Notes: generated from the sequence alone by a model not told the origin. A stretch of DNA of 59,924 nt, filler included, from Platydemus manokwari (GCA_037951405.1; 5 parts of 5 records of this genome joined end to end with filler, not necessarily neighbours in it), one strand, 5' to 3'. Positions 12,124 to 26,431 are shown, counted from the whole stretch's first letter. Program-made: numbers and translations.

Positions 12124-15100
12124 AAACATTTCGAAATATCAGAAATGGAAAAAGCAATGGAGGAGCTGAATGAATCTGCTGCCTTATTTGAAGTGACGGT
12201 TCCAGAATTCAAACAATTGAAGCAGTGCCGCAAAGAGCTGCGATTATTAAAAGTTCTCTGGGATCAAATCAATGTTGTAAATTCCAGCATAGTCGTATGG
12301 AAGCAAACGTTGTGGAAAGACATCAATGTGGAACAAATGGATCAAGATTGTAAGAATTTCGCCAAAAACATCAGAGGACTCGATAAAGAGATGCGTTCAT
12401 GGGATGCATATACAGGAGTTGAAGATCAGATCAAAAATATGATGACATCTTTAAGAGCGGTTAATGAGTTGCAAAATCCCGCGATACGAGATCGGCATTG
12501 GGCTCAATTGATGGCAGCAACGAAGGTGAAGTTTGATATGAATGATGGAACGACATTGGAAGATCTTTTGAAATTGAATTTGCATAACTTTGAAGATGAA
12601 GTGAGAAATATTGTGGAGAAAGCTGTTAAAGAAATGAGCATGGAAAAGATTTTGAAAGAACTCGATAGCACTTGGAGTCAGATGGAATTCGAGCATGACA
12701 AACATGGTAGAACTGGAATTACATTGCTAAAAGCAAGTGAAGAATTGATTGAAGTACTGGAAGAGGATCAAGTTAAACTCCAAAATATGATGACCTCTAA
12801 ATATATCTCCCACTTTTACGATGAAGTATTCTCTTGGCAGAAGAAGCTCTCTATTGCAGATCAAGTTATCCAAATTTGGTTTGAAGTTCAACGAACATGG
12901 TCACATCTAGAATCGATTTTCATCGGATCCGATGATATAAGAAAGCAACTTCCGGAAGATTCTGCAAGATTCGATCGGATTGACACCAATTTTAAAGGCC
13001 TAGTTACGGAAGTTGAGGAAACTACAAATGTAGTCAAGGCGACGGGAAAACCAAGATTATTTGAACGATTGGAAGTCATTCAAGGCGAGCTAGTTTTGTG
13101 TGAAAAAGCACTGGCAGAATATTTGGAAACTAAACGATTAGCTTTCCCACGATTTTATTTCGTTTCATCCGCTGACTTGTTAGACATCCTATCGAATGGA
13201 AATTCACCAGAAATTGTCATGAAACATTTGACAAAACTTTTCGACAGTTTAGCCAAGCTTAAATTTGCCAAAGAAGGCGATAAAGAGAATACCAAACTGG
13301 CTGTAGCAATGTATGCTAAAGATGAAGAAATGGTCGATTTAACAAATCCATGTGACCTCAACGGCCAAGTGGAAACATGGTTAAACAAACTATTAGATGA
13401 AATGCGAAATACCATGAGAACAGAACTCTCAGAATCTGTCACTGTGGCTGAGGAAAAAGCTCGAGATCAATGGATTTTCGAATGTCCAGCTCAAGTGGCT
13501 TTGACTTGTTCACAAATCGCCTGGGGAACCGAGGTTTATTTAGCATTTGCCCGTCTGGAAGAGGGATATGAAAATGCTTTGAAAGACTTCAACAAAAAAC
13601 AAATCACCCAGCTCAATGCTTTGATCACTCTTTTAATTGGTGAGCTATCAAAAGATGATAGGCAAAAAGTGATGACAATATGTACTATTGATGTCCACAA
13701 TCGAGATGTTGTACAGAAATTGATCACACAAAAAATAGATAACTCACAATCATTCACTTGGCTCTGTCAATTGCGACATCGATGGGCAGACACTGATAAA
13801 GATTGCTACATAAACATTTGCGATGCACAATTTCGATATGCCCATGAATATTTGGGAAACACGCCCAGATTGGTTATCACACCATTAACAGATCGATGCT
13901 ACATCACATTGACACAATCTCTTCATTTGACAATGAGTGGAGCTCCTGCTGGGCCAGCTGGAACAGGTAAAACTGAAACGACGAAAGATCTTGGCAGAGC
14001 CCTTGGAATAATGGTGTACGTATTCAATTGTTCGGAACAGATGGATTACAAATCAATAGGAAATATCTATAAGGGTTTAGCACAGTCTGGTAGTTGGGGA
14101 TGTTTCGATGAATTTAACAGAATCTCAGTTGAGGTGCTCAGTGTTGTTGCGGTGCAAGTGAAATGTATCCAAGATGCCATCAAGAATAAACGAAAGCGAT
14201 TTGATTTCCTTGGTGAAGATATCTCATTAGATCCAACCATTGGTATTTTCATTACAATGAATCCGGGTTATGCAGGTAGAACAGAACTGCCCGAAAATCT
14301 GAAAGCACTGTTTCGACCTTGTGCTATGGTTGTACCAGATTTTGAACTCATTTGTGAAATTATGTTGGTCGCAGAAGGTTTTCTACAAGCTCGAATATTG
14401 GCTAGAAAATTCATCACTTTGTATCAACTGTGCAAAGAATTGTTATCTAAGCAAGATCATTATGATTGGGGTTTGAGAGCTATTAAGTCCGTACTGGTAG
14501 TGGCTGGTGCTCTTAAAAGAAGTGATCCCGGTAGAGCTGAAGACCAAGTATTAATGAGAGCATTGAGAGATTTTAACGTTCCAAAAATTGTCACTGATGA
14601 CACACCAGTGTTTATGGGTCTCATTGGAGATCTTTTCCCAGCACTAGACGTTCCACGAAAAAGAGATCCAGAATTTGAAAAGCATGTGCGACAAGCTACA
14701 CTTGATTTAAAGTTGCAACCGGAAGAGAATTTTATCTTGAAAGTTGTTCAGTTGCAAGAATTATTTGCCGTTCGTCATTCCGTGTTTGTACTTGGTAATG
14801 CTGGTACAGGTAAATCAATGGTATGGAAGACATTGAACAAAACATACGGTAATCTAAAGAAAAAACCAATGGCAGTAGATCTTAATCCAAAAGCTGTTAC
14901 CAATGATGAATTGTTTGGCATAATCAATCCATCTACCAGAGAATGGAAAGACGGTTTATTCTCAGTGATTATGCGTGACTTGGCAAATTTGACGTCCGAC
15001 GGACCTAAGTGGATAGTTTTAGATGGGGACATCGATCCAATGTGGATTGAATCGCTTAACACAGTCATGGACGACAACAAAGTGCTCACCTTGGCTAGCA

Positions 15101-18100
15101 ATGAAAGAATTCCTCTCACTCCATCCATGAGATTGCTGTTTGAAATCAGTCATTTGAAAACTGCAACACCAGCTACGGTGTCAAGAGCTGGTATATTGTA
15201 CATCAATCCTCAGGTGAAATTGAATTTGTTTAATATTTCCCAGATTTTAATTTAATTTATTTAGGATCTTGGTTGGCAGCCATTTGTCAATAGTTGGATA
15301 AGTACGAGAGAAGTGCAATCAGAACAAGCAAATCTCACCATTCTATTTGATAAGTACGTACCGATGTGTCTAGAAGCATTGAAAAATAGATTCAAGAAAA
15401 TCACACCGATCGTTGAAATATCCCACGTACAAATGTTGTGTTATTTGCTTGAAGTTTTGCTTGTACCAGAAACGACACCCGCCGATTGTCCGAAAGAATG
15501 GTACGAATTGTATTTCGTATTTTGTGCCGTTTGGGCTTTTGGAAGTTGCATGTTCCAAGATCAGCTCGTTGATCACAGAGTAGAATTTACCAAATGGTGG
15601 GTTACGGAATTCAAAACCGTGAAGTTCCCAGCACAAGGAACAGTTTTTGATTATTATATCGACTCAGAAACAAAGAAATTTGAGCCATGGACAAAGAGAA
15701 TGACGAAATTTGAGATGGATCTCGAACAACCATTACAAGTATATCATTTTGTTTGATAAAACTTTCATAGCTTAAATCGAAAATAAATATAATAATTTTA
15801 ATAACATTACAGTAAAATTAAACATAAAATTTTGCAGGCCGTTTTAGTTCCAACATCGGAAACTACTCGTTATCGATATTTCCTCGATCTCCTTATCGAA
15901 AAGCGTCGTCCGGTAATGTTAGTTGGAGGTGCAGGCTCTGGGAAAACTGTCTTATTGCAAGATAAATTGAATTCTGTGGGAGATAATTATGCAGTCTCCA
16001 ATGTTCCTTTCAATTTTTACACCACCAGTGAGATGTTGCAAAGAGTCCTGGAAAAACCTCTTGAGAAGAAAGCAGGTAGAAACTATGGACCACCTGGATC
16101 GAAAAAATTAATCTACTTCATTGATGACATGAATATGCCTGAGGTTAGAGAGTAATTGAAATATAATTGATTGTAACGCTCGTTTTAGGTGGACAAATAC
16201 TTCACCGTCCAACCGCATACTCTGATAAGGCAACACATAGACTATTCGCATTGGTATGACAGAGCTAAACTGACTCTAAAAGAAATTCACAACACTCAAT
16301 ATCTAGCTTGCATGAATCCTACAGCTGGAAGCTTCACAATCAGTCCTAGACTACAGGTTTTTACAATCAATTTACATGAGCTTTGAGTTACTATACATTT
16401 TCATTTAGAGACACTTTTGCGTATTTGCTCTCAGTTTTCCTGGCCAAGATGCTCTCAAAGCAATTTATTCGACTATTCTTGGCGAAAAACTGTCGAATAA
16501 CTTTTCACAGGCTCTAATTAAAATTGTTCCCAATATAGTCGATCTTGCTCTTGCCTTTCACAATAAAATCAACACAACCTTCTTACCAACAGCCATCAAA
16601 TTCCATTATGTCTTTAATCTGCGCGATTTGTCCAACATTTTCCAGGGGCTCTTGTTTTCCAGTCCAGAATGTTTGAAACAACCAACAGATCTCGTCAGAT
16701 TATGGATGCACGAAGGAGAGAGAGTTTACAATGACAAACTTATCGACGATACGGACATTGAAACGTTCCATAAATTGCAAAAAGAATTCACAAAAAAAGC
16801 ATTCGAAGAAATGGACGAAACTGCTTTGTTCAAGAAACCACTTCTTTATTGTCATTTCGCACAAGGCATTGGAGAACCCAAATATATGCCAGTAGAGAAA
16901 TCTGAAGATCTTTCGAAAATTCTGAAAGAAGCTCTGGATAGCTACAATGAAGTAAATGCTGCGATGAATTTAGTTCTTTTCGAAGATGCAGTGGCACATA
17001 TATTACGAATCAATAGAATTTTGGAATCCCCGAGAGGATATGCCCTACTGGTTGGAGTCGGTGGTAGTGGCAAACAGTCTTTGTCCAGACTTGCGGCATT
17101 CATAAGCTCACTTGATGTATTCCAGATTACACTCAGAAAAGGTTACAGCATTAACGATTTGAAAGTTGATTTGGCGGCTCTTTACATGAAAGCCGGAGTA
17201 AAAAATATTGGCGTCGTATTTTTGCTTACCGATGCACAAGTGGCTGAAGAGAAATTCCTTGTTTTAGTCAACGATTTACTAGCTTCTGGAGAAATATTAG
17301 ACTTGTTTTCAGATGATGAAATGGAGAGCATTATTTCCAGTATGAGACCAGAAGTAAAAAGTGTTGGACTTATCGATAGTCGTGAAAATTGTTGGTCGTT
17401 TTTCATCAATAAAGTTCGATCTACTTTACGTGTGATTTTGTGTTTCTCACCAGTTGGTTCAACTCTTCGAGTGAGAGCAAGAAAATTTCCAGCCGTTGTA
17501 AATTGTACATCAATTGATTGGTTCCACGAATGGCCAGAAGATGCTCTGATATCCGTGTCACATAGATTTCTTCAAGAGGTAGAGCTGCTACCAGAAGAGT
17601 ATAAGGGTTCAACATCGAAATTTATGTCTTTTGTTCATAAAGCTGTTAACAAAGTTAGTATTTCTTATCTCCAGAACGAGCGTCGTTACAACTACACCAC
17701 ACCGAAATCTTTCCTTGAACAAATCGCACTGTATAGTAATATGTTGAAGAAGAAACATGCTGAATTACAAGGCAAAATGAGTCGTTTGGAAAATGGTTTA
17801 CAAAAGCTGGAAAGTACAGCTCAACAGGTTGATGATTTAAAAGCCAAGTTAGCTGCTCAAGAAGTAGAACTTGAACAAAAGAATGCCGATGCTAACAAAC
17901 TGTTAGAAATTGTTGGTGCTGAAACCAAAAAGGTATCAGCAGAAAAAAGCATTGCCGATATTGAAGAAGAGAAAGTGTCTAAGATCAAAGTTGAGGTATC
18001 TAAGAAACAGAGAGATTGTGAAATTGATTTAGCTAAAGCCGAGCCAGCATTGAAAGCAGCACAAGAAGCCTTAAATACTCTAAATAAAAACAATCTCACA

Positions 18101-21100
18101 GAAATGAAATCGTTTGGTACTCCTCCTAACGCTGTCATTGACGTTTCAGCCGCAGTCATGTGCCTGATGGCCCCTAATGGAAAAGTTCCCAAAGATAGAT
18201 CATGGAAAGCTGCTAAAGGAACTATTATGAGCAAAGTCGATGCTTTCCTTGACAATCTTATTAACTATAACAAGGACAATATCCCAGAAGCGTCTCTTAA
18301 AGCTGCTAAAGAGTATGTCAAAGATCCTAATTTCCTGCCTGAAGAAATCAAGACGAAATCTTTGGCAGCTGCTGGTCTTTGTTCATGGGTTATCAACATT
18401 ATTATTTATTATGAAATTTTCTGCGATGTAAAACCCAAAAGAGATGCTCTTGAAGCAGCCAATGAAGAACTGAGAGAAGCAACGGAGAAACTGACAGGAA
18501 TTCAAAATAAAATAAAACAATTGGAGGAACAGTTACAAAAATTGCAAGATGAATTTGAGAAAGCTCGCAGCGACAAACAGAGATGCCAAGACGAAGCTGA
18601 TTTAACATACAAAACGATTGAGCTAGCTAATAGACTGGTGGGTGGATTGGCTAGTGAAAATATACGTTGGGCTAAACAAGTTGAGCAATACAAAATTGAA
18701 GAAAAAACACTACCTGGAGATGTTCTTGTGACTGTAGCATTCTTATCTTATGTCGGCTGCTTCACCAAGCCTTACAGAATTTCACTCATGGAAACACATT
18801 GGCTTCCATTTTTAGCTACTCTCTCACCTGCAATACCAATCACAGAAAATTTAGATCCTCTGAAAATGCTTGTCGACGATGCAATAATTGCAACATGGAA
18901 CAATGAAGGGTTGCCTAGTGACCGAATGTCGATTGAGAATGCCACAATATTGACCAGTGCCGAACGATGGCCATTAATCATTGATCCACAACTTCAAGGG
19001 ATTAAATGGATTAAAACCAAATACGGAGCAGATTTACGAGTCGTTCGCTTGGGACAGAAAGGCTATTTAGATGTGATTGAGCAAGCAGTATCTGCTGGTG
19101 ATGTCGTTTTGATAGAAAACATTGAAGAAACCATGGATCCGGTACTTGATCATTTGTTAGGTAGAAATACAATTAAGAAGGGCCGAGCAATCAAATTGGG
19201 AGACAAGGAGTGTGAATATAATCCTGAATTCAAATTGATATTGCAAACAAAACTTGCTAATCCACATTATAAACCAGAAATGCAGGCTCAAGCAACAATC
19301 ATTAATTTTACTGTCACCCGTGATGGTTTGGAAGATCAGTTATTAGCAACAGTAGTTAACAAGGAACGAGCTGATTTAGAAACTTTGAAATTAGATTTGA
19401 CAAAGCAACAGAATCAGTTTAAGATAACATTAAAAGAATTAGAAGATTCGCTATTGCATAGGTTGTCAGCGGCTGAAGGCAATTTCCTTGGTGATTATGC
19501 TCTAGTGGAAAATTTAGAAAATAATAAGCGTACTGCTATAGAAATAGAGGAAAAGGTTGAACAAGCAAAAATCACTGAAGTTACAATCAATGAAACTCGA
19601 GAACTTTATCGACCTGCTGCAGCAAGGGCATCATTATTATATTTCATTCTAAATGATCTCAATAAGATCAATCCAATGTATCAATTTTCATTGAAAGCCT
19701 TTAGAGTCGTTTTTGAAAAAGCTATTGATAAAGCCGAGCCTAGTGAAGAACTAAAAGGAAGAGTAGAAAATCTAATTGATAGCATTACATATTCCGTTTA
19801 TCTTTATACATCCAGAGGCTTGTTCGAAAAGGATAAATTGATTTTTACAGCACAAATGGCATTCCAAATACTATTAGGTACAAAGGAAATCAATCCGTTT
19901 GAATTAGATTTTCTTTTACGATTCCCTATCGTTCCAAATTTGACATCTCCAGTCGATTTCCTATCAAATAATAGTTGGGGTGGAATTAAGGGCTTATCAG
20001 CTTTGGATGAGTTCAAGAATCTTGATCGTGATATTGAAGGATCTGCGAAAAGATGGAAAAAGTTCGTTGAGAGTGAAACACCAGAAAAGGAGAAATTTCC
20101 TCAAGAATGGAAAAATAAATCTTCATTACAGCGTTTATGTATGATGAGAGCACTGAGACCGGACAGAATGACTTATGCCGTTTCTGATTTTGTTGATGAA
20201 AAACTTGGTCACAAATATGTTGAAGGAGGTGGAGTTCCATTTTCACAATCATTCGAAGAATCTGGACCTGCTACTCCGATATTTTTCATCCTTTCTCCCG
20301 GAGTTGATCCATTGAAGGATGTCGAAGCTCTTGGTAAAAAAATGGGATTTTCTGGTGATAATAAAAACTTTAAAAATATTTCTCTCGGCCAAGGCCAGGA
20401 AATTGTAGCAGAAACAGCAATGGATGTTGGTGCCAAAGAGGGTCATTGGGTTGTACTACAAAACATTCACTTGGTCTCGAAATGGTTAAGTTCATTAGAA
20501 AAGAAACTTGAAGAATATGCAGAAGAAAGTCATGAGAATTATCGAGTATTTATTAGTGCGGAACCATCTGGTAGTCCAGAATCACATATTATTCCACAAG
20601 GAATATTAGAAAATGCCATAAAAATTACTAATGAACCTCCAACGGGAATGTTAGCAAACCTGCATAAAGCTCTCAATAATTTCAACCAGGAAACACTGGA
20701 AATGTGTGCCAAAGAAAACGAATTTAAGACAATTTTATTTGCTCTATGTTACTTTCACGCAGTTGTTTCTGAAAGAAGAAAATTCGGACCTCAAGGTTGG
20801 AATCGATCATATCCATTTAATACTGGTGATCTCGCTATCAGTGTCAATGTCTTGTACAATTATCTAGAAGCAAATAGTAAAGTTCCTTGGGAGGATTTAC
20901 GTTATTTATTTGGTGAAATAATGTATGGTGGTCACATTACAGATGATTGGGATAGAAAATTATGTAAGACTTATCTTGAGGAATATCTACAAACAGAGAT
21001 GTTAGATGGGGAACTTTTCCTTGCACCTGGATTTAAGATTCCACCAAATACAGATTACAAGGGTTATCATGCATACATTGATGAATGTCTACCAGCAGAA

Positions 21101-22051
21101 ACCCCGTATCTATATGGATTGCATCCCAATGCAGAAATTGAATTTTTAACATCGATTAGTGATAAACTATTTCGAACAGTATTTGAAATGCAACCTCGTG
21201 ATTCTTCGGGAGCGGGAGCTACTGGAGTTAGTAGAGAAGAGAAAATCAAACAAATCCTCGATGATATTGTGGAAAAGTTACCTGATGATTTCAACATGGT
21301 TGAAATACAAGCTAAAGTTCCACCTGAAGAAAGAAATCCGTATGTAGTTGTTGCATTCCAAGAATGTGAGCGAATGAATATGTTAACATCTGAAATCAGA
21401 AGATCTCTGAAAGAATTAGATCTAGGCTTAAAGGGTGAACTGACAATAACTGCTGATATGGAATCTCTATCAAATTCTCTATTTCTCGATGTCATCCCAG
21501 AATCATGGAGTAAACGAGCATATCCTAGCTTATACGGAATGTCTATGTGGTACGCAGATCTACTAATGCGCATCAAAGAACTTGAGATATGGACAACTGA
21601 CTTCCAACTTCCCAGTGTGATATGGCTTGGTGGATTGTTCAATCCACAATCTTTCCTTACAGCTATTATGCAACAGATGGCTAGGAAAAATGAGTGGCCT
21701 CTTGACAGAATGGCATTACAATGTGATGTCACAAAGAAAAATAAAGAAGACATGGGCGGTCCACCGAGAGACGGAGCTTACGTGCATGGTTTATTTATGG
21801 AAGGTGCTCGATGGGATACACAAACCGGCATGCTTGGAGAAGCTAAATTGAAGGAATTAGGTCCTGCGATGCCAGTGATATTCATTAAAGCTATTCCAGT
21901 TGATCGTCAAGATTTGAGAAACATGTATGCTTGTCCTGTTTATAAGACCAAAGAAAGAGGTCCGACGTTTGTGTGGACTTTTAATCTGAAAACAAAAGAA
22001 AAACCTGCCAAATGGGTACTTGGAGGAGTTGCATTGCTGTTGCAAGTGTAA
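12124..22051 (+). CDS. Axonemal outer-arm dynein heavy chain, beta type (DNAH9/11/17 family), 5'-partial; exons 12124-15213, 15265-15738, 15838-16143, 16189-16356, 16409-22051
   Basis: Contains the linker (AFPRFYF), AAA1 P-loop [10 protein letters not shown] with [12 protein letters not shown]2 [11 protein letters not shown]3 [11 protein letters not shown]4 GVGGSGKQS, the coiled-coil stalk/MTBD, AAA5-6, and the C-terminus [12 protein letters not shown]. CNxTGQVETWL-like ([11 protein letters not shown]) and [30 protein letters not shown] segments are typical of the beta outer-arm class. All four introns are phase 0. Confidence 0.97.
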
Positions 22052-22670
22052 AATGCATAACTATATTTTAGACCTGTGATACTTTTGACCTAGAGATTTT
22101 GATTGTTATTTATTGAATTTGTAATTAAAAATTTGACTTTTCTTTTATGTCGATTATATTCAGCCATATTTGTTTATATTTTTATTTAATTTTTAATAAG
22201 CTTAAATTAGAATATTAGATTATGAGAAATTAATTATGTAAATATAATAGAAAATGATACAAAAATATCGCTAATAAAAATTATCAAGAAAATTTTAAAG
22301 TAAAGGCTAAGAAATTAAATAATTTTAAATCTTCATGGCAGAATTTCTTAAGATATTAAGAAAGTTGCAGCATCGATCGTAAGACCAGTGATTCCCCATC
22401 AACAGAGAGTGAGTAGTTGTAATGATAAATGAAATCATATAAAGTATGAACACGAGAGTGTTTTGTAAAGATAAGGAACGAAGCGGGATAACTATCCGTG
22501 AAATTAAATGAATAAATAAATTCAATAAAGAAGAAAAATTAAATATATTCAATAAAAATAATAACTATGTAAATTACATAAATAAATATAAATTATAATA
22601 ATAAAAATAATTATCATGTTAAATAAACAAATAAAATTAAATCTATCAGATAAAAAGAATAATAAAGCTA

Positions 22671-22770
22671 NNNNNNNNNNNNNNNNNNNNNNNNNNNNNN
22701 NNNNNNNNNNNNNNTTAATTAATTAANNNNNNNNNNNNNNNNNNNNNNNNNNNNNNNNNNNNNNNNNNNN
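22671..22770. other. Artificial contig spacer (44N-TTAATTAATTAA-44N)
   Basis: Identical to the other three spacers. Confidence 0.97.
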
Positions 22771-22910
22771 TAAAGTGAGATGTGTTTATCAATTAGTTAA
22801 TATATGACCTTACAATTAATAAATGATAACAATTAAATTTATTCATTTAAATACAAATTTTAACTCAATTTTGTAAAAGCCGGAATCATACTAATACACC
22901 TAATACTATA

Positions 22911-22923
22911 ATTTTTATTTTTA

Positions 22924-22954
<31 letters not shown>

Positions 22955-22983
22955 TTTATTTTTATTTTTATTTTTATTTTTAT
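22911..22983. repeat. (ATTTTT)n hexamer microsatellite
   Basis: About 12 near-perfect units. It produces the spurious KNKN/KIKI run in ORF 22886..23149. Confidence 0.9.
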
Positions 22984-23028
22984 TAAAAATAATTTGAACA
23001 TTATTTTTCATAAAATTGAAAGCCTCAC

Positions 23029-23289
23029 CTTTATTCATATTTTCTGTACTCAACATTCTACTTAATTCTAAAGGATCGAGTGGTACAATTTGTCGAGATG
23101 GTGCTGTAAAATTATTATTCTGGATTAATAAAATTATATACATATTCACTGGAAATTACATGTAAACATATGTCTGTCGTATCTTGGCCTGATTAGTGGC
23201 TCATAACTGGCGTTTGGTGTTCTGGATGCTGAGATTGGATCGATAATGAACGAAGGTCTTCCAGGTTTGAAAGACAAAGAATTTCTATC
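23029..23289 (-). CDS. Two probable internal exons of an unidentified gene
   Basis: ttag|GATAGAAAT...ACAT|gtaatt...ttacag|CACCATCT...AATAAAG|gtgagg joins in frame to DRNSLSFKPGRPSFIIDPISASRTPNASYEPLIRPRYDRHMFTSPSRQIVPLDPLELSRMLSTENMNK. GC is raised over the flanks. No family recognised. Confidence 0.45.
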
Positions 23290-24410
23290 CTAAATATTAA
23301 TCGATATCAGATAATCAATTCTTAATTGAAATCGATATTTGAAGATAAATAAACAATCATAATAATATTGATTTTTTGTGTTTCAATAATGGGTTTGCGT
23401 CTTTTGATAGGCTCATTTAATTTTATATTATCTGTTATTTAGAATTGAGATGATGAAATTATGAAGAGCTTTTAAATATTCTTGACCACTGTGATATCTT
23501 TACATATCTCTGATTTATCTTAGTAGAAATTATACTCTATCTTATAAAAAGAACACCAGATTATTAAAAATAATATCGATTTCATTTATTTCAAATTTGT
23601 TTTTTAATTTACGGTATCAAGATTTAGATTTTAATCGAAACCGCTATTCATAATATGGCACTGTTAATTTTTAATATTCTAGTTCATCAATCAATGTATT
23701 TTATCATAAATTAACAAAATTTAATTTCATCATCAGTTCCCACTCTATTTTTTGAAATTGTGTTTCTATTTGTTTCAAATTGGATAGAATTAGAATTTGA
23801 GAATTTAACTCAAAATATCGAACACGCTCATTCTTGATATGTGCTATACTGTTGATAAAAATTATGAAGTAATTGTTATCCCAATAAAATAACTAGTTAA
23901 ATTAATTAATCGAAAAATGTAATTAAATTAATTTTTATAATTATTATTATTAAATTTATTATTATTATTATTTCTTTGTTGCTATTATTATCATTAATTA
24001 TTATTATGATTGTGAGATATTTTATATGAATTAAATTTCAATTTAATTCGAAACAATTGAATTCAAATTTAATTTTAATTTTATTTTGAGTGAAATGAAA
24101 TTCTGCAAAAAGAAAAACGAAATTACACCTTGGAACCCCTGTTTTGGTACTTTGAACATTTACATGCCTATACGAACATACAGGCATGCCAATCGGCCAA
24201 TTACAGCGAAGCTAGCTAGCAAATTACAATCGGGATAAAAGGGCATAACTACACAGAATACACATCTAGGGATTGACCAATCCCATTCATGTAAAAACCT
24301 AAATACCCAATAAGAACACAGAAAGGCAAAAACCAAATCAAATTGTAGTACATCATGACACAAAAAGATGCACACAGATCGCGAGTATAAAAGGTGATGT
24401 AAAGATGGAC

Positions 24411-24496
24411 ACCTGCCAGTATATTAGATACCAGTAAGTTTAGTTGCCAGTGTATTGAATGCCAGCATAGTTAGCTGCCAGAGTATTAGATGTCAC
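24411..24496. repeat. Degenerate ~30-bp tandem repeat (about 3 units) built from TGCCAG subunits
   Basis: acctgccagtatattagataccagtaagttt / agttgccagtgtattgaatgccagcatagtt / agctgccagagtattagatgtcac. Confidence 0.7.
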
Positions 24497-25134
24497 TTTT
24501 GCGTTTATGTTGAACATTATATTAGATTGTTTTGGAGGTAAATTTGTATATTTGCGATTAATAAATCATTTACAAGTGTTTTGTCATTTATGTTCAACAT
24601 ATTATCGAGGTGTGTCTCAAACCATCTTGCTGCCTATCATACTATCTTCATATAGTATTGATAGCGAGGTAAATAAAGAAGACAATAAGCTAAGGTTTTA
24701 TTTGCGTACCTTAGGGGGTTGGTCAGAGCTCACGGAGTTTGATCAAGTCGGCATTGATCCACAATAAAATCAATATAGAGACTGATAATTCAAATAAACC
24801 AAAGCAAACCCAAACACAACAGAAATAATAACCCAAGTTATTTCACCTAACAACAAAAAATCGCCATCATTAAAAATACCATGATATTCAAAAACATCTG
24901 CATAAAAATATCTACCCTTATTTTTATATAAAAGAAATTCAGCTGGCAACAAGAAATAAACCCCGAATAAAATAAATTCCCTTTATTAAATAATAATGAA
25001 CATCAATATCCACACATATAATGCGATGACAACACGCATTGGGAAGAAATTCGCATGAATTAAAATAAAAAGAACTCGCATTTTAATCGAATTTCGCCAT
25101 CAATAAAATTTCGTATAAATAAACCCTTAAAATC

Positions 25135-25166
25135 AGTAGGCCTCGCCCCGACATTAGAAACCACTG
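25135..25166. mobile_element. Possible hAT/Charlie-type terminal inverted repeat (single end)
   Basis: ...TTAGAAACCACTG (reverse complement CAGTGGTTTCTAA) followed by GCTTAGTG with a central TA. No partner end found. Confidence 0.4.
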
Positions 25167-26431
25167 GCTTAGTGTGCCCGTAATCAAACATTCGAATTAT
25201 TCGTTGCCGAGTCGATCAAGCCGAAGTCAATTTCCCTGTTGCCAGTATATGCACAGATTCATCTGGCAGACCAATTTGGATAATCGCTATTCAATTTGTT
25301 CGAGAATAAACTCGAAAAAGTAGTAAGATAATTTCTGTAAAATCATCGACAATTTACAACATCAACGTCGTATATTCTTCCTATTTATTGGGTCAAACCC
25401 AAAGTTCTTGTGTAAACGGTTCTACTTCTCTTAAGAGCATTGTTACACGGAGCTTTTGTCCAGAATTGTGCTAAACTCTTATCGTTTCTGTGATAAATCT
25501 TATCTAGACTTAGAAACGTAGGAGAAACAGCGGATTCCAGGATATTAACAGCTATTGAAATAAACGACTAAATAAACGATAATGAATGAAAACAAAGTTT
25601 CGAAATTTATACATATTTATCACCTTGGAAAATGATGTCAATTAATAACCTTAATTGAGTCATGGGGTCTATTGAAGGTGTGACCTTTTTCTCTCTGCAG
25701 AAAGCTTTCATGAAAAAATGTTTTTGTGAAAATAAATAACCACTCGCATTTCTTAATGGAAATTTGAATTTACGAAATAATTAATGTTTATCTGACTGTC
25801 AGTCGAAATTGTTATTGTCGACTACTTTCTTCTTGACGAAAATAGTTTGATGTAAATATGTTCTTTGTGTTTTGTATATTAAAATGCTTGCGATGTTATA
25901 ATACGGCTGATATGAGTACTTTAGGACAGAGTTCTTATTATAAGATTACTATATCGGCTCAGAATAGTCTTTCCAAGTTGATTAAATACTCCATAACAGT
26001 TACAATAAAGCACTACTATTGTACAATAGAATATTTTTTTAAATCTACTCAGTTTCTACAAACTTAAGAAACTGTTGGTAATAAGTAAAATAAAAATCAT
26101 AATTCCATATTGCTTTCTCAAATGTCTTTATTATAATGAATTTTATTCTCAACATCAATCCATCAGTACATTATGGCACAACATTGTAATCCGTCAATAT
26201 TTTGTTTCTCTCAATTATCGACTTTCGTTATCAACAAAGAAATGCTACTATCACCGAGATTATACATCAGGGGTAACGAAATTTCTCAAACAATATCTAA
26301 CGTTCATATTATTAATATCATTTCTTTCACTGAATCAAATGAACTTATATCGAACGAATTCTATTGTACAACATCAAATTTTTCTAATGGATATTTATGA
26401 AGTATTTCATTAGCATTTTAAATTTGAATAA

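Noticed and set aside
12451-22045. Many antisense or alternate-frame ORFs inside the dynein gene, including the 228-aa ORF 21067..21753
   Set aside because: These are shadow ORFs caused by the codon bias of a long coding sequence and have no independent motifs.
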